NCBI GenBank assembly: GCA_951406725.2
Contig: OX597815.1
Location: forward strand, 208,010,001 to 208,074,000
Length of the DNA stretch: 64,000 nucleotides
Direction of reading: 5' to 3'
From: Octopus vulgaris
Lineage: Eukaryota
In this document: piece by piece, positions 12,012-26,645 of the stretch
How the letters are laid out: each line of letters begins with the position of its first letter
How positions within the stretch are numbered: the first letter of the stretch is position 1
Position numbers and translations under genes: made by a program
Notes under the pieces: generated by a model
The model's database searches: none
What the model saw: the letters and a program-made list of their open reading frames with translations, nothing else
Told to the model about the DNA's origin: nothing

Positions 12012-12524
12012 CCGTAAATCCTCGAGTATAATCCACATTTTTTTTGTCAAACTTTAAAGGTCAAAATCCCTAGTGCATACTATATACGAGGTTAAAAATG
12101 AAAATTATTGTGTAAGCAATGCCTGAGTCTCTATTTACTGTCCGGCAATATTTGTTCAGACGCATTTTGTGATATCGGGCACAAAAATACCTTAAGCTTA
12201 GCCTGAAAACAATGAAGTTATAAAAGAATCATCCATAACTTGCAGTAAGCAACATTTATTAAACATTATTACTGTTATTTCTTTATTTTCTGCAAACAAG
12301 ATGCACAAAAAAGCTACATGTTTGCATTATGTTATATATACAATAATAATAAAGTATGTTACCATATACATTTTTACAAACCAAGGACGTTATATAGACC
12401 TCCTTGACTCAAGTTAGCGAAGGGGTGCGTATTATACACAAGGTTTAGGTTTTTCAGAGTTATAGCCCTCTAAAAATCCCCTGCGTATTATACTCAAGGG
12501 TGGACTATACTCAAGGATTTATGG
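12012..12524. mobile_element. Non-autonomous Tc1/mariner (pogo/Tigger-like) MITE
   Basis: TA|CCGTAAATCCTCGAGTATA ... TATACTCAAGGATTTATGG|TA terminal inverted repeats, TA TSD, subterminal TGCGTATTATAC repeats. Confidence 0.85.
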
Positions 12525-14215
12525 TAATCCTCATCATAATCATCATCATCATCATCATCATCATTGTTTAAAGTTTGTCTTCCATGGTGGCATGGGTTGG
12601 ATGGTTTCACAGGAGCTGGCAAGCCAGAGAACTGCACCAAGATCCATTGGTCTGTTGTTGCATGGTTTCTACAGCTGGATGCCCTTCCTAATGCCAACCG
12701 CTTTACAGAATATGCTGGAATGCTTCTTAAAAGTCACTGGCATGAGTGCACTTTATGAGGCACCGGCACATGAGTGGCACTGAACCTGGAACCATGTGGT
12801 TGGTAAGCAAGCTACTTACCACACAGCCACTCCTACGCCTATATATATATCATCATCATCACCATCATCATCATTTAACGTCTGCATTCCATGCTGGCAT
12901 GGGTTGGACGGTCTGACTGGGAACTAGCAAGCCAGGAGGCTGCACCAAGCTCCAATCTGATTTGGCAAGGTTTCTATAGCTGGATGCCCTTCCTAACACC
13001 AACCACTTCAAGAGTGTAGTGGGTGCTTTTATGTGCCACTGGAACAGTAGCCAGTCAGGCAATACTGGCATTGGCCACGCTTGAATGGTGCTTTTTACAT
13101 GTCACCAGCATGGGTGCCAGTCAGGAGGCTTGTGGGTAGTAAAAAATAGGTACTGGCATCGGTCATACTCAAATGGTGATTTTTATGTGCCACCACCATG
13201 GGTGCCAGTCGGGTGACATTGACATCAGCCACATTCGAATGATGCTTTTTACATGCTGAGCTTCATTCCATGTCTATGTTCCCATCCATCAAATCCACTC
13301 ACAAGTTTGGGCCAGCCTGGGATTATAGAAGGAGACAATTTTGCCCAAGCTTCCACTCAGCAAAGCCGAACCTGAAATGACTGGCTGAGAGGCAAACTCC
13401 GTAGCCAAGCCATTGTGAATATGTCATAAAAACATGTACGACTTGAGTGCATCTAGTCTAGTTCACAATAGCAGAGTAAAGAGTAGCAAATAAGACAAAC
13501 AACTGCCAAAAGTTAAGATCTAATTAGGTCAACGACAGACTGAAAAATATTGAACAAAAATTATTATTGATCTTCAGGAATTGGGAACAACAGTAATTTG
13601 GTGGAAAAAAAAAAACAGGATTAGTAGTTGCAGCCTATCAACAAAACTCACCTAATCTATACTGGCATCAAAGCAGTAAAATAACAATGATGATCACTAT
13701 GATAATGATGGTGAAGGCAGGATATTTCTTGATATTTTTGACAGTATCCTGCAGATTTTCTTTCTTTATTTTCTTTTTATTTCCACAGATTTATTTCTCT
13801 TTCTAACTCTTTATCATCCATTTGTAAACTCCTAGATAAGAATCATTATAAAGTGTTCATCCCCAAAGATGCCTGCTTGGCTGTCAGCCAACTAGTTGCT
13901 TTCTTCCTTTCAAATAACACAGCTACCATTAGTATATGAAATATATATATACATATATATGTATGAGATGCTTCTGATAAGAATTCATCCTTTTTGAAAG
14001 TAATTACTTCTCTCTGAAACCAGGACGAATGTTACAGCATTAAAATAATTGAAAGTTTTACACGGACACCAATAGTTTCTGCTTGAGATACTCACTCATC
14101 ACATTTTTATTACAAAGACAAGCCAGCAAGACACTTGTGTCTTTCCTAAACCAGCAAGAAGTACATAGTGGTTTAGCTGTATTTATGTGTCTATCTGCCT
14201 GTTACTCTGTCACTA

Positions 14216-14246
<31 letters not shown>

Positions 14247-14595
14247 TCCTCATTGCCTGTCTCACACATTATCTCTCCTTTTCCCCACTCTCTTTCTTAT
14301 TCACAAACATACACACACACACTCATTGAGAATTTAACGATGTTATTATTTCTACTGTAAATGATAATTTATGTTGCCTTGCACTACAGTTTCTGAATAT
14401 TAAGGCCTTTTTATATTGAGGAAAACTGGAAAATGTTGCTTCTGATTTTGCTTTTGTTTTTGTATTTAACTCTGGTGACAAAAAAAAGTTGGAGTGAGTC
14501 ATAGTTATATAAGAAAATACATTTCTTAGCAAGAATAACTCAGCAAATACACAATATATATACATATATATATATATACATATATATATACATAT

Positions 14596-14644
<49 letters not shown>

Positions 14645-14695
14645 CATATATATACATATATATATACATATATATATATATACATATATATATAC

Positions 14696-14803
<108 letters not shown>

Positions 14804-15235
14804 GTATATATATATATACACACACATATATATATATATGTATATATATATATACGTATATATATATGTATATATACATATATATACATATATATATGTA
14901 TATATATATGTATATATATAAATATATATATATGTATATATATATATAAAAGAATTTTTTGCGTAATAAGATAAAAGACCAAGGCAGTATAGATATCAGA
15001 GCATTTATAGATAGAAGGTCTTACAGCTCTATACAGCCTTGGTCTCTTATCTTATTATGCAAAAAATTTTTATATACACACGCTGACATAGAACCAACGT
15101 TGAACCCTTTATTCGCAATATTACCGAATCTGGAACTTAACTATGGTCTGTCTATAGCACTTATTCAGCATTACCTGACACCTTTGGGTCTCAATGACAC
15201 CATTATCTCTCATAACCTCAACTTCTCACTATATA

Positions 15236-15277
<42 letters not shown>

Positions 15278-16496
15278 TATATAAGAAGTCATTGGGGAAA
15301 AGAGTAAAGAGAAAATTTTTTTTGATAATAGTGTTAATCCTCATCATGATTTTAACATCCACGTTTCTGTGCTTGCATGGATTGGACAGGATTTACTGAG
15401 GCAGGTTTTCTATGGCTGGATGTCCTTCTTGTTGCCAACCCTCACCTATTTCTCAGCAAGGTAATGTTTCGCCATAGCCAGACAAGTTCTTGTAGAAGAG
15501 TGGAAGGAAATAACAGACACTGCTTGTATGACAGTGACAATCATTTACAGCTATCATAAACACACACCACACTCACACACATGCACGCACTCACACATGC
15601 ACACACACACACACACACAGAGGCACATATGATAAGCTTCTTTCAGTTTCCATTTATCAAATCCACTCAGAAGGCTTTGGTCAATTTGGGGGCTGTAGCA
15701 GAAGATACTTGCCAAAGGTGTGACACAGTGAGATTGAACCTAGAACCATATGGTTGGGAAGCAAACTTCTTACCATACAGCCATACCTGCAACTATAATA
15801 ATAATACAGGTAATACAGGTGATAAAAGAGTAAAGATTTAAGAGTAGTTGTTGGTCACAATAGATACACTCACAATAATACTGATGTATATAAAAACAAC
15901 ACATACAATGGTGAGCAGTATTACTAAGAGAGCATTCTGGGTAAAATTAATGACATTATTATTGAACCGAATGTGTTTAACAATGATTAATTAAAGTGCT
16001 TATTGATTGCAAGTATTGTACAGATAAACACCTGATGAGTCGAATTCATGCCCCAGTTTTCAATTACTGATCCTAAAAATTATATAAGAATTATGCAATA
16101 TCATTTTAAATCTTTTCAATAAATTATCGGGCTTAAGTGAGATGAATAACGATTTCCAACATGAAAACGAAGATAAACAATCCATACCATGTGGAACCTA
16201 GTTTTACAATAGGTTCACCATGTGTGTACATGTGTGTACATATGTGTGTGTGTGTGTGTGTGTGTGATAAGAGGTGGCTGAAAAAGTTGGTATCAAGAAG
16301 AGAGAGCAACTTATACTGTCTCAGTTTGAGTCAGTATGGAAACATGGACATAAAACCATGACAGTAGTGATAATGAAGGTGGTGGTGGTGGTTGTGGTGG
16401 TGGTGGTAGTGATGAATGGTGGTTGCAGGGGTGGTCATGGTGAGGTTGATGATGCACAAACCTAAATACCATGGGTGGAAGGTTCAATTGATTATA

Positions 16497-16730
16497 ACTT
16501 ATTTCTTTATTGCCTACAAGGGGCTAAACATAGAGGGGACAAACAAAGACAGAAAAAGGGATGAAGTTGATTACATCGACCCCAGTGCATAACTGGTACT
16601 TAATTTATCGACCCCGAAAGGATGAAAGGCAAAGTTGACATTGGCGGAATTTGAACTCAGAACTTATTGGACAAATTACCAATAAGCATTTCACCTGGCG
16701 TGCTAACGTTTCTGCCAACTCGCCGCCTTA
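16497..16730 (-). mobile_element. SINE family B, full length with TSD (tRNA head plus Meta-domain-like centre)
   Basis: 11-bp TSD AATTGATTATA at 16486-16496 and 16731-16741. Central GCCTTTCATCCTTTCGGGGTCGATAAATTAAGTACCAG resembles the MetaSINE domain (from memory, not aligned). Confidence 0.88.
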
Positions 16731-16754
16731 AATTGATTATATCTGCTCAAGTAA

Positions 16755-17325
<571 letters not shown>

Positions 17326-17780
17326 CTGTGTGTATCGGGATATGCCGATACACACAGATAGAGAAATTAAGGCCAACAGACCAGATATAGTTGTCAGAGA
17401 TCATGAAGAAAAAAATGCTTTCTAATTGATGTATCAGTACCGGCTGATGACAACGTGTCTCTAAAAGAAATGGAGAAACTCTCAAAATACAAAGACCTGG
17501 AAATAGAGATAACTAGAATGTGGAACCTGAAAACAGAAACAATTCCTATCATAGTAGGTGCATTAGGCATGATAAAAAAATATTCAGACAAACACATAAC
17601 AAAAACACCAGGACTTACAAACACATATAACATACAGAAAATTGCACTACTAGGCACTGCACACATCCTACGCAGAACACTTTCCATACAATAACCATCA
17701 GAGCATCACAACATACCCAAGGCACACAGAGCTGCGCTCGGTAGTGAAGTGAAAGCACGCTATAAAAATAAAACTACTGA
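17326..17780 (+). mobile_element. Dong/R4-like non-LTR retrotransposon 3' end (restriction-like endonuclease domain), 5'-truncated, inserted in (TAA)n
   Basis: PIHTDREIKANRPDIVVRDHEEK/CFLIDVSVPADDNVSLKEMEKLSKYKDLEIEITRMWNLKTETIPIIVGALG...ILRRTLSIQ*, with RPD...D...K..KY RLE motifs. (AAT)n on both sides. Confidence 0.88.
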
Positions 17781-17804
17781 ATAATAATAATAATAATAAT
17801 AATC

Positions 17805-18030
17805 TTTTCTATTATAGGCTCAAGGACTGAAATTTGTAAGGAGGGGGTAAGTCGATCACATCGATCCCAGTACTTGACTGGTACATAATTTATTGACCCT
17901 GAAAGCATGAAAGGCAAAGATGAAAGGTAAAGGCAACCTCGGTGGAATTTGAACTTGGAACATAAAGGTGCATGAAATACGACTAAGCATTTTGCCCAGT
18001 ATGCTAACGATTCTGCCAGCGCACCGCCTT
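17805..18030 (-). mobile_element. SINE family B copy
   Basis: Matches 16497-16730 with the alternative ...AAATTTCAG.CCTTG.GCC 3' end. Confidence 0.8.
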
Positions 18031-18374
18031 AAAATTGGTACTCATTATATCAACTACAAAAGTTGTAAAATAAAAGGTGATGCCATCTTCAACAGGATTT
18101 GAACACATAATTGGAATGTAATGATATTCAGTCTTTTTATATTTTAAATCTAGACTAAAACAAATGATTTAGTTACAATAATATAAATAAATATGGTGAC
18201 CACTTTATCTAAACTGTTGCATAAAATAGGAAACTAAATAATCCAGAAGCAAGAAAAAGTAGACACTATACTGAAAGTGAAAATGAGCAGAGGCTACGAT
18301 ATAAGAAGTCAATGGTTTATGAGTGGATTTGGCAGATGGAAACTGTGCAGAAACCTGTCATATATATATATATA

Positions 18375-18605
18375 TTTCTTTACTACCCACAAGGGGCTAA
18401 ACACAGAGGGGACAAACAAGGACAGACAAAGGGATTAAGTCGATTACATCGACCCCAGTGCGAAATTGGTACTTTATTTATCGACCCCGAAAGGATGAAA
18501 GGCAGAGTCGACCTCGGCGGAATTTGAACTCAGAACGTAACGACAGGCGAAATACGGCTACGCATTTCGCCCGGCGTGCTAACGTTTCTGCCATCTCACC
18601 ACCTT
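18375..18605 (-). mobile_element. SINE family B nested in the (TA)n of an old family A copy (~18315-18830, +)
   Basis: Near-consensus family B, flanked by GAGTGGATTTGGCAGATGGAAACTG (left) and TGTGTTTGTC...CTTGACAAC (right). Confidence 0.85.
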
Positions 18606-18914
18606 ATATATATATGTCTGTGTATGTCATTGTGTCTGTGTTTGTCTCCACTACCACTGTCACCACCACCACCACTTGACAACTGATTGGTTTGTTTACA
18701 TCCATGTAAATTTACAGTGTGGCAAAAGGGACCAATAGAATAAGTCCAAGGCTTAAAAAATAAGTCCTGGGGTCAAATATGCTCAATTAAAAATCCTTCA
18801 AGGCCTGATCGCAACCCAAGGACTTAAGCAAGAGATGAAAGAGGATCTGAGATTTTTCTTCTTCATAACAACCTCAAACACTTATCCAAATTTTATAATT
18901 GTCTGATATACTCT

Positions 18915-19295
18915 TCTACTCTTTTATTTGTTTCAGTCATTTGACTGTGGCCATGCATGAGCACCACCTTTAGGCGACCAAATCGACCCCAGGACTTATT
19001 CTTTGTAAGCCTAATACTTGTTCTATCGGTCTCTTTTGCCGAACTGCTAAGTTACGGGGATGTAAACACATCAGCATCAGTTAGGGGGACAAACACAGAC
19101 ACACAAACATTATATATATATACATATATACGACAGGCTTCTTTTAGTTTCTGTCTACCAAATCCACTCACAAGGCTTTGGTCGGCTGGAGGCTATAGCA
19201 GAAGATACTTGCCCAAGGTGCCATGCAGTAGGCCTGAACCCAGAACCATGTGGTTCGTAAGCAAGCTACTTACCACACAGCCACTCCTTCACCTA
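18915..19295 (-). mobile_element. SINE family A
   Basis: Reverse complement of family A with small deletions. Confidence 0.88.
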
Positions 19296-19919
19296 TATAG
19301 TTATACTTTTTGCAGCTTTGTTTCTGTATTTCTCCTCTAGCCATCATTCCTTTTAACGCTGTACTAATTTGACATTACTTTCAATGAAGCTAGATTTTTA
19401 TGCAGTCTCTAGGCAGCATAGCATTTTTTTAAATAATAAGCTAAAATGTAGGATTTTAGAGCAAATCAAACACCCAGATTTGCTGGTCTGGCAATCTCTT
19501 TTTCACTCACTAATTAGTTTAACTTCAACTATAAGCATAAAATGTTCCAAAACCAGTTCCCCATTAAAAAACAAACAAACAACACTCTGAATACAAACTC
19601 TATTCTGTGGAAAATATTTATTGGGAATATGGATAAGGCAAATTTTGATGACAACCTTGAAGGACTAGTAACTTTCAGTCATAGGATCAATATTCTATGA
19701 GCCACATGCACTTTCTCATAAGGATATAAAAAGTGGGGCAAGCCTACTCCCACTGTATAAATCTTTCTGAACACTTGTCCATTAAATTTTACTTTCTTGT
19801 CACTATATATACATATATATATATGTATATATATATATACACACACATACATATATGTATACTTACACACACATATGTATATTATATATATGTATATGTA
19901 CGTAAATAAATAATATATA

Positions 19920-19969
<50 letters not shown>

Positions 19970-20067
19970 TGTTATGTATATATGTGTGTGTGTATGTATA
20001 TCTATCTATCTACCTATCTATTTATCTATCTATCTATCTATCTATATAGGTATATATATATATATAT

Positions 20068-20238
20068 AGGTGCAGGTGTACCTGTGTGGTAAAGAGCTTG
20101 CTTCCTAACCGCATGCTTCCAGGTTCAGTCACACTGTGTGGCACCTTGGGCAAGTGTCTTCTACTATAGCCTCAGGCCAACCAAAACCTTGTGAGTGGAT
20201 TTGGTAGATGAAAACTGAAAGAAACCTCCTGTCGTGTT

Positions 20239-20287
<49 letters not shown>

Positions 20288-20530
20288 GCGTGTGCGTGTG
20301 TGTGTATGTGTGTGTGTGTGTCTTTGTTCTCTCTTTATCCTCCCATCACTGCTTGACAACTGGTGTTGGTGTGTTTATGTCCTCCAGCTTAATGGTGCAG
20401 CTAACGAGACTAATAGAATAAGTACTAGGCTTTAAAAAATAAGTCCCGGTGTTGATTTGTTCAACTAAAACCCTTCAAGGTAGTGCTCAAGCATGGCCAC
20501 AGTCAAATGACAAGTAAAAGAATAAAAGAA
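20068..20530 (+). mobile_element. SINE family A, older subfamily
   Basis: Same head, CORE-like domain and tail, more diverged. Confidence 0.85.
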
Positions 20531-20880
20531 TATAATTCCCATAATTACACATGAGATAAAACAGTTAGAAACATACACAGGGCAGACCTAGCTTTTGGTT
20601 ATTTTTTCATTTAACCAAGAATGATTTAGCAATAACTGAAGGAACCAGTTAGTTTCCAAAAATTGCTCTGCTTTTGCTCATCTCGTTTTCTGTAATGTAC
20701 TGAACCCCAAAATGATGGCCTAATAATTGAATTGTCAGCTTTAATGTAAAGTAAGCAGATACTGAATAATACTGCAAATAATGAATAGCAACTCAGATTG
20801 AACCCTGAAACACAAGACCACTCTTTGGCAAAAGTGCATTAAATTCTACAAACAGAAAGGTTTTAATTTAAGTTTCTATA

Positions 20881-21059
20881 GGCGCAGGAGTGGCTGTGTG
20901 GTAAGTAGCTTGCTAACCAGCCACATGGTTCCGGGTTCAGTCCCACTGCGTGGCATCTTGGGCAAGCGTCTTCTGCTATAGCCCCAGGCCAACCAATGCC
21001 TTGTGAGTGGATTTGGTAGATGGAAACTGAAAGAAGCCTGTCGTATATATGTATATATA

Positions 21060-21096
<37 letters not shown>

Positions 21097-21299
21097 CTGT
21101 ATTTGTCCCCCTAGCATTGCTTGACAACCGATGCTGGTGTGTTTACGTCCCCGTCACTTAGCGGTTCGGCAAAAGAGACCGATAGAATAAGTACTGGGCT
21201 TACAAAGAATAAGTCCCGGGGTCGATTTGCTTGACTAAAGGCGGTGCTGCAGCATGGCCGCAGTCAAATGACTGAAACAAGTAAAAGAGTAAAAGAGTA
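20881..21299 (+). mobile_element. SINE family A, full length
   Basis: Near-identical to 1368-1780. Confidence 0.92.
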
Positions 21300-21592
21300 A
21301 TCTATTAGCACAGTCTTAGAATTAAAACCTGGATGAAGGGCAATATAAAATGACTTCTGGTTGTTATACATTTCTTTTCAAAAATAACAATGTGAGTGTG
21401 ATTCATTAGTTTATTTTTGTATTAATTGAAAAGTTTTCTTGCAGCAATTCTACCTGAAGTTTCTTAATGACATCTCTGCTACTGCATTTCTGAAAAATGT
21501 GTAACTCATGTCTAATACACATCAGTGAATGTGTTCCTGAATTAAAAGCTCACATGACATGCCTCTCGGTTATTATTCTATGATGTATTATG

Positions 21593-21628
<36 letters not shown>

Positions 21629-21752
21629 AATTCGCTTATGGTAATGTTAGGGGTATGCAAATAAAGCTTGTATTTCATTTTGCCGGCCATAAATTCCATC
21701 CTACAATTACTGGTATTATTATTATTATTATTATTACTATTATTATAATTAT

Positions 21753-21805
<53 letters not shown>

Positions 21806-21830
21806 ACAACAAATGGATTGTGGTTCACTA

Positions 21831-22005
21831 CAGCTGTTCCAGACATATTTTTCATTGATGAACCGTAGTGTTACATCATGCAAAAAACCGTCATTTTCAT
21901 CAGGTGAAAACAGGCAAAATTTAACAATTAGAACTTCTCAAAAACAAGTACACAGTAAGATGTGAAACTTCTGTTCATCAATAAAAAACATGTCTAGAAT
22001 GGCTG
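21831..22005. mobile_element. Small MITE with ~35-50 bp imperfect TIRs and TA TSD
   Basis: TA|CAGCTGTTCCAGACATATTTTTCATTGATGAAC ... GTTCATCAATAAAAAACATGTCTAGAATGGCTG|TA. Confidence 0.7.
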
Positions 22006-22244
22006 TAGTTATTATTTTGCTTATGTGAAACTTCCAAAATTTTTTATAGACCCCAGGGGTCACATGAACCCTGGTTGAGAGCCACTGCTGTTGACAATGC
22101 CATAACAGCAAAGGGCCAAACTTGGATAGACTGCCTGAAAGCAGAGAAAAATATCACATATTTTTTATTCAAGTTGGCTTTCAAATAAGATGCAAAGTTA
22201 AAGCAAGTATGGATATTTTCATCTTCGATTTGAAGCTAAATTCC

Positions 22245-22400
22245 AGTTACACATAGCAAGGAGAAGCATAAAAAGTAAAAAAATTTGAAATATTCTTTGA
22301 TGTGAGGATCAGGAGCCTGAGGTGTTCCACATTGCTAGGAAGTATTCTAGAGAAAACTGAGATGTTATCATGGAGCAGTTTATGTAGAACGATAACATCT
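22245..22400 (+). mobile_element. Highly decayed RTE-like LINE fragment (endonuclease-RT linker)
   Basis: With frameshifts reads LHIAR.EA..KKFE...EDQEPEVFHIARKYSREN*DVIMEQ, resembling the RTE ORF linker. Confidence 0.45.
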
Positions 22401-22914
22401 GTTACCGTCCCATTGTTGGAAACAACACATGTATGCTGCTTTGTAATAATATTCAGATTTGAACAATTTTGTTGTGGAAAGGCAACTGTAACACATATTG
22501 TTAACAAGAACATAGAAGAGGAGCTAAATTTGTAATTTATTCAGTGATTGGCAAAGATGAAAATATCTATACTTGCTTCAACTTTGCAGATTGTTTGAAG
22601 GCCAATTTGGATAATAATTTTTTTGTGCGTGTGTTCTGGTGCAGTTCAGTTAATGAAAATTGGCAAGTTACAAGAATAATAAAAGAAATTCTTAAAGATG
22701 AAGTGAGTAAAGTGTATGTAGCGGAAAAGGAGAGAAATTGACTAAAAAGAGAAATTTTAAATGGTTGGGGAGAAAATAGTGTGATAGATATGAATTGAAG
22801 GGGTAAAGAGATGTGGAAGTGAGAGAAAGAAGCTGGATGCTACAAAGAGAACTTAAATGGGGAAGAATGGTTAAATTAAAATAAAGAAAGAGGAACAAAT
22901 AAATAATAAGAATT

Positions 22915-23347
22915 ATCCTAATTTTGGTACACGGCTAGCAATTTTAAAGGGAAAATTAAGTCAATTACCCCCAATGCTCAGCTGGAACTTATTTTATTAA
23001 CACAGAAATGGTGAAAGGCAAAATCGACATTAGCGACACATTTGCACTCACAATGTAAAACTCCAGAAGAATTGCTGCTAAGCATTTTGTCTGGCAAAGT
23101 AACTTCCTATTCCAGATCACTGCTTTGCAATAATCCTTTCTAAGATATGCACAAGGCCTGAGACTTGTGGGAGAGGGATAGCCGATTACTTTGAGCTCAG
23201 TACTCATATGGTATTTATTTTATTGACCTCGAAAAGATGAAAGGTAAAGAGTCAACCTCAGTGGAGTTTGAACTCAGAACATAGAGATGGATGAAATACT
23301 GTGAAGTATTTTGCACAGTGTGCTAACAATTCTGCCAGCTTGCTGCC

Positions 23348-23392
<45 letters not shown>

Positions 23393-24770
23393 GAATCTAA
23401 AAACAGAAACAATTCCTATCATAGTAGGTGCATTAGGCATGATAAAAAAATATTCAGACAAATACATAACAAAAACACCAGGACTTTCAAACACATATAA
23501 CATACAGAAAATTGCACTACTAGGCACTGCACACATCCTACGCAGAACACTTTCCATACAATAACCATCAGAGCATCACAACAAATCACAGCACATACCC
23601 AAGGCACACAGAGCTGCGCTCGGTAGTGAAGTGAAAGCACGCTATAAAAATAAAACTACTGAATAATAATAATAATGATAATAATAATAATAATAATAAT
23701 TCTTTCTACTGGAAGCACAAGGCCTCAAATTTGGAGGTAGGGATTAAGTTAATTCCATTGACCCCAGTGTGTAACTGGTACTTATTTAATTGGCTCTCAA
23801 AAGGATGAAAGGCAAAGTTGACCTTGGCAGAATTTGAACTCAGGACATAGCAGCAGATGAAATACCGCTAAACATTTTGCCTGGCATGCTAACGATGTTG
23901 CCACCTAACCACCACCTTCTTCTTCCTTTTCATGATGATGATGATGAAGATGATGGCGGTGGTGATGATGATGATCACTTCTGTTAATTTCGATGTATGA
24001 GTGATTGAAGAAATGGATTAAGAAAATAGGATTAAAAATAAAAGAAGCTGTATCTATTTGTGATGAGGGATGCATGAATCCCTCAATGGGGACAAGGATG
24101 ATCTTTGATTTTGGCCGCGATTGGACAAATGTGTCTGTTGATTGCAGGATATAATTCTTTCATCGTTCTGTTCCTTCGACACAAATTGTTTGGATGCATC
24201 ATGACACAGGGTCAGTAGCTTTTGAGGGGAGGGGGAATTCAATTACATTGCTCTCAGTATTTGGCAGTTGTTTATTTTATTGACCCCCGAAAGGATGAAA
24301 GGCAAAGTCAACCTTGGTGGAATTTGAACTCAGAATGTAAAGACTGATGAAATGCTTCTAAGCATTTTGTCTGACAGGTTAATGACCCTATCAGCTCACA
24401 ACCTTGAATTCTTTCTGATTTGGCACCATACCAGCAATATTCTTTTCTACTCTAGGCAAAGGCACGAAATTTGGGGGGAGGGGCTAGTTGATTACATCGA
24501 CCCCAGTACACTACAGGTACTAAATTTATCAACCCCGAAAGGATGAAAGGGAAGTCGACCTCGGTGGAATTTGAACTCAGAATGTAAAGACAGCCGAAAT
24601 ACCCCTAAGCATTTCACCCGGTGTGCTAACGTTTCTGCTGAGGGACAGTCAATTAGGTCAAGCCCAATGCTTGAATTGCATTTTATTTTATCACCCAGAA
24701 AGGATGAAAAGTTAAGTAGACTTGAGTGATATTTGAACTCAGGAGATGTAAAGAGCCAGAAGAAACCCCA
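22915..24770 (-). mobile_element. Array of about 6 same-orientation SINE family B copies separated by (TAA)n/(GAT)n
   Basis: TTTG(A/C)ACTCA B-box reverse complements at ~23041, 23267, 23833, 24322, 24569 and 24732, each followed by the element head. Confidence 0.8.
23393..23661 (+). mobile_element. Second Dong/R4-like 3' end, more 5'-truncated, in (TAA)n
   Basis: Nearly identical to 17523-17780, with the same 3' end AAACTACTG-(AAT)n. Confidence 0.9.
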
Positions 24771-26029
24771 ACAAAGGAATACAGTCTTCCCCCTCAGCCT
24801 TTTCTACCTCTGCTACATTGGCTGCTGCTTCTCAGAATTGGTTGGTCTTATGCCACCCCACTCATGTTCTCTAGGAACGCTCTTTTCTCTTCCTTTCACT
24901 CATATTCCATTATCCACCTCCAGTTTTTGCAATAACAACTAATCCTTCTTCCCCAGGGCACCAGTCCTCTGGAACAATCTTCCCACATATTTTTCCCTGC
25001 AATAATTCATGCAGGCTGTTGATGGCAACTAATCTTCCTGGTCTTGGAAGGTCTGTAAAAGCCACAGCCACACACACACTTTCACCAAAACCAATGAAAA
25101 TGATATCGACATAGAAAAGTAGACAGTGGACTTTCCTTCGGATAAACATTGGTAGCTTGGAGAGAAGGAAGCTTGCATGTATAAGCAACTGCTTGTCTTC
25201 CACGAAAATATCTTGTCAAGGATCGTTCACGTATGTACAAACACATGATCAACATTGGCTGATGGAGGCCTTACAAAATAAATATATGCTAGAGATCTCC
25301 CTATTGCGAAATTCATTAAAAGGAAAGAATTAGCTATTATAAGCTACATGCTAAATATTCTCTTTCGTGAGGCAACTTGATACTTAACTAAATGGGCAAT
25401 AACAATTTTGTGGCTTATAATATGGGAATTTCATTGCATGCAGGAAATGGTTGTGTGAAAAGACAAAATTTCTAAAAATGTAAATCCAAAAATGCAATTT
25501 TTTGTACACATTGTTGCAACATCTTTTGACAAGTTTGTTTTTATTTATAGAAAGAAGTATTCATATGATAAAGAATAAACCAATAATAAGAGAAATAAAT
25601 ATCGGCATAAAAGGAATTTTTCCATAAATAATGTGATTCTAGCATTAAAAGCAAGAATCAAATCAGTTCTGTACCATCTGGCTTGCATCAGAGATTATAT
25701 TCCCAACAGTTATTCTCATTCAATCAAATTATAGTTCCCTGAGAAGAACATTCTCTGAGTGCCAAACTTTAATTTATTCAATCAAAGAATAGCAGACAGT
25801 AAACAAAAAAACAAGATCTAATAATAAAATTATCCTTGAGTTTTGTCTTGACATAATCTCAAACTTTAATGTCTTCTGCATATATTTATAAAAGAAAACA
25901 ATGAAATTTTAAAAACTTTCAATTGTAAACTTTTTTTTTTTTAATTTAAAAACAAAACGCAAAATTTCTACTTGTTCTTTATCAGGTGTTTTGTATTGAT
26001 TTTTTTTGTTTCTTCATTCATTTTTAATG

Positions 26030-26180
26030 ATATCATCAGTCACAAAGTGTATATTTTACATTCTGAGGTCACGCATCTGTCAGTTCAATTACATCAAACT
26101 CAAAATCTATGCATTCGATTTCATCAGTCATAACACTAGTATTTTCAATTTCATCAGTCATAATGTTAGTATTTTCAATT
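26030..26180. repeat. Degenerate ~30-bp minisatellite (about 5 units)
   Basis: ATTTCATCAGTCATAACACTAGTATTTTCA / ATTTCATCAGTCATAATGTTAGTATTTTCA plus more diverged upstream units. Confidence 0.65.
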
Positions 26181-26645
26181 TACAATTTGATCGTGAAGTT
26201 ATGAAGAAAAACTTTTACTGCTTACAAGCTTTACAATTTATTGATGAAATCAATAACACTGTCTACCGACTATTGATTCATCGGTCTCAAAGCTGACAAA
26301 TTACTACATTTTTACCAAGTGTAATATTTAACAACTTTATTGCATACAGTTCAACAACAATTTTCTCATAGAAACTTCAACAATAAATTAGATTTAAATG
26401 ATGAGGCATCAACTACAACTTTTGTTCAAGAGAGCTAGAGTAGATTAAATAATTGAAAGTTGCTTCAATGGCTTCATGTTTTGATTTGGCATCTCATCCT
26501 TTCATCATTTTAACATTGGAGTATAAACCAAATACCAGTAATACACTGTAGTAAATAGTCAAATTTGTTAATAATAAAACATTTGCTCTGTTTTCAAGGA
26601 AATACGGTTTAAATATAACATTGTATAAACAGTTATGATTGCTTA

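Noticed and set aside
16032-16038. Isolated CTGATGA boxes (also 8532-8538 and 56125-56131)
   Set aside because: No properly placed stem II plus GAAA and stem I partner.
24800-25270. 97-aa minus-strand ORF 24910-25203
   Set aside because: Appears to overlap very decayed LINE-tail and SINE-tail remnants; no coherent protein.
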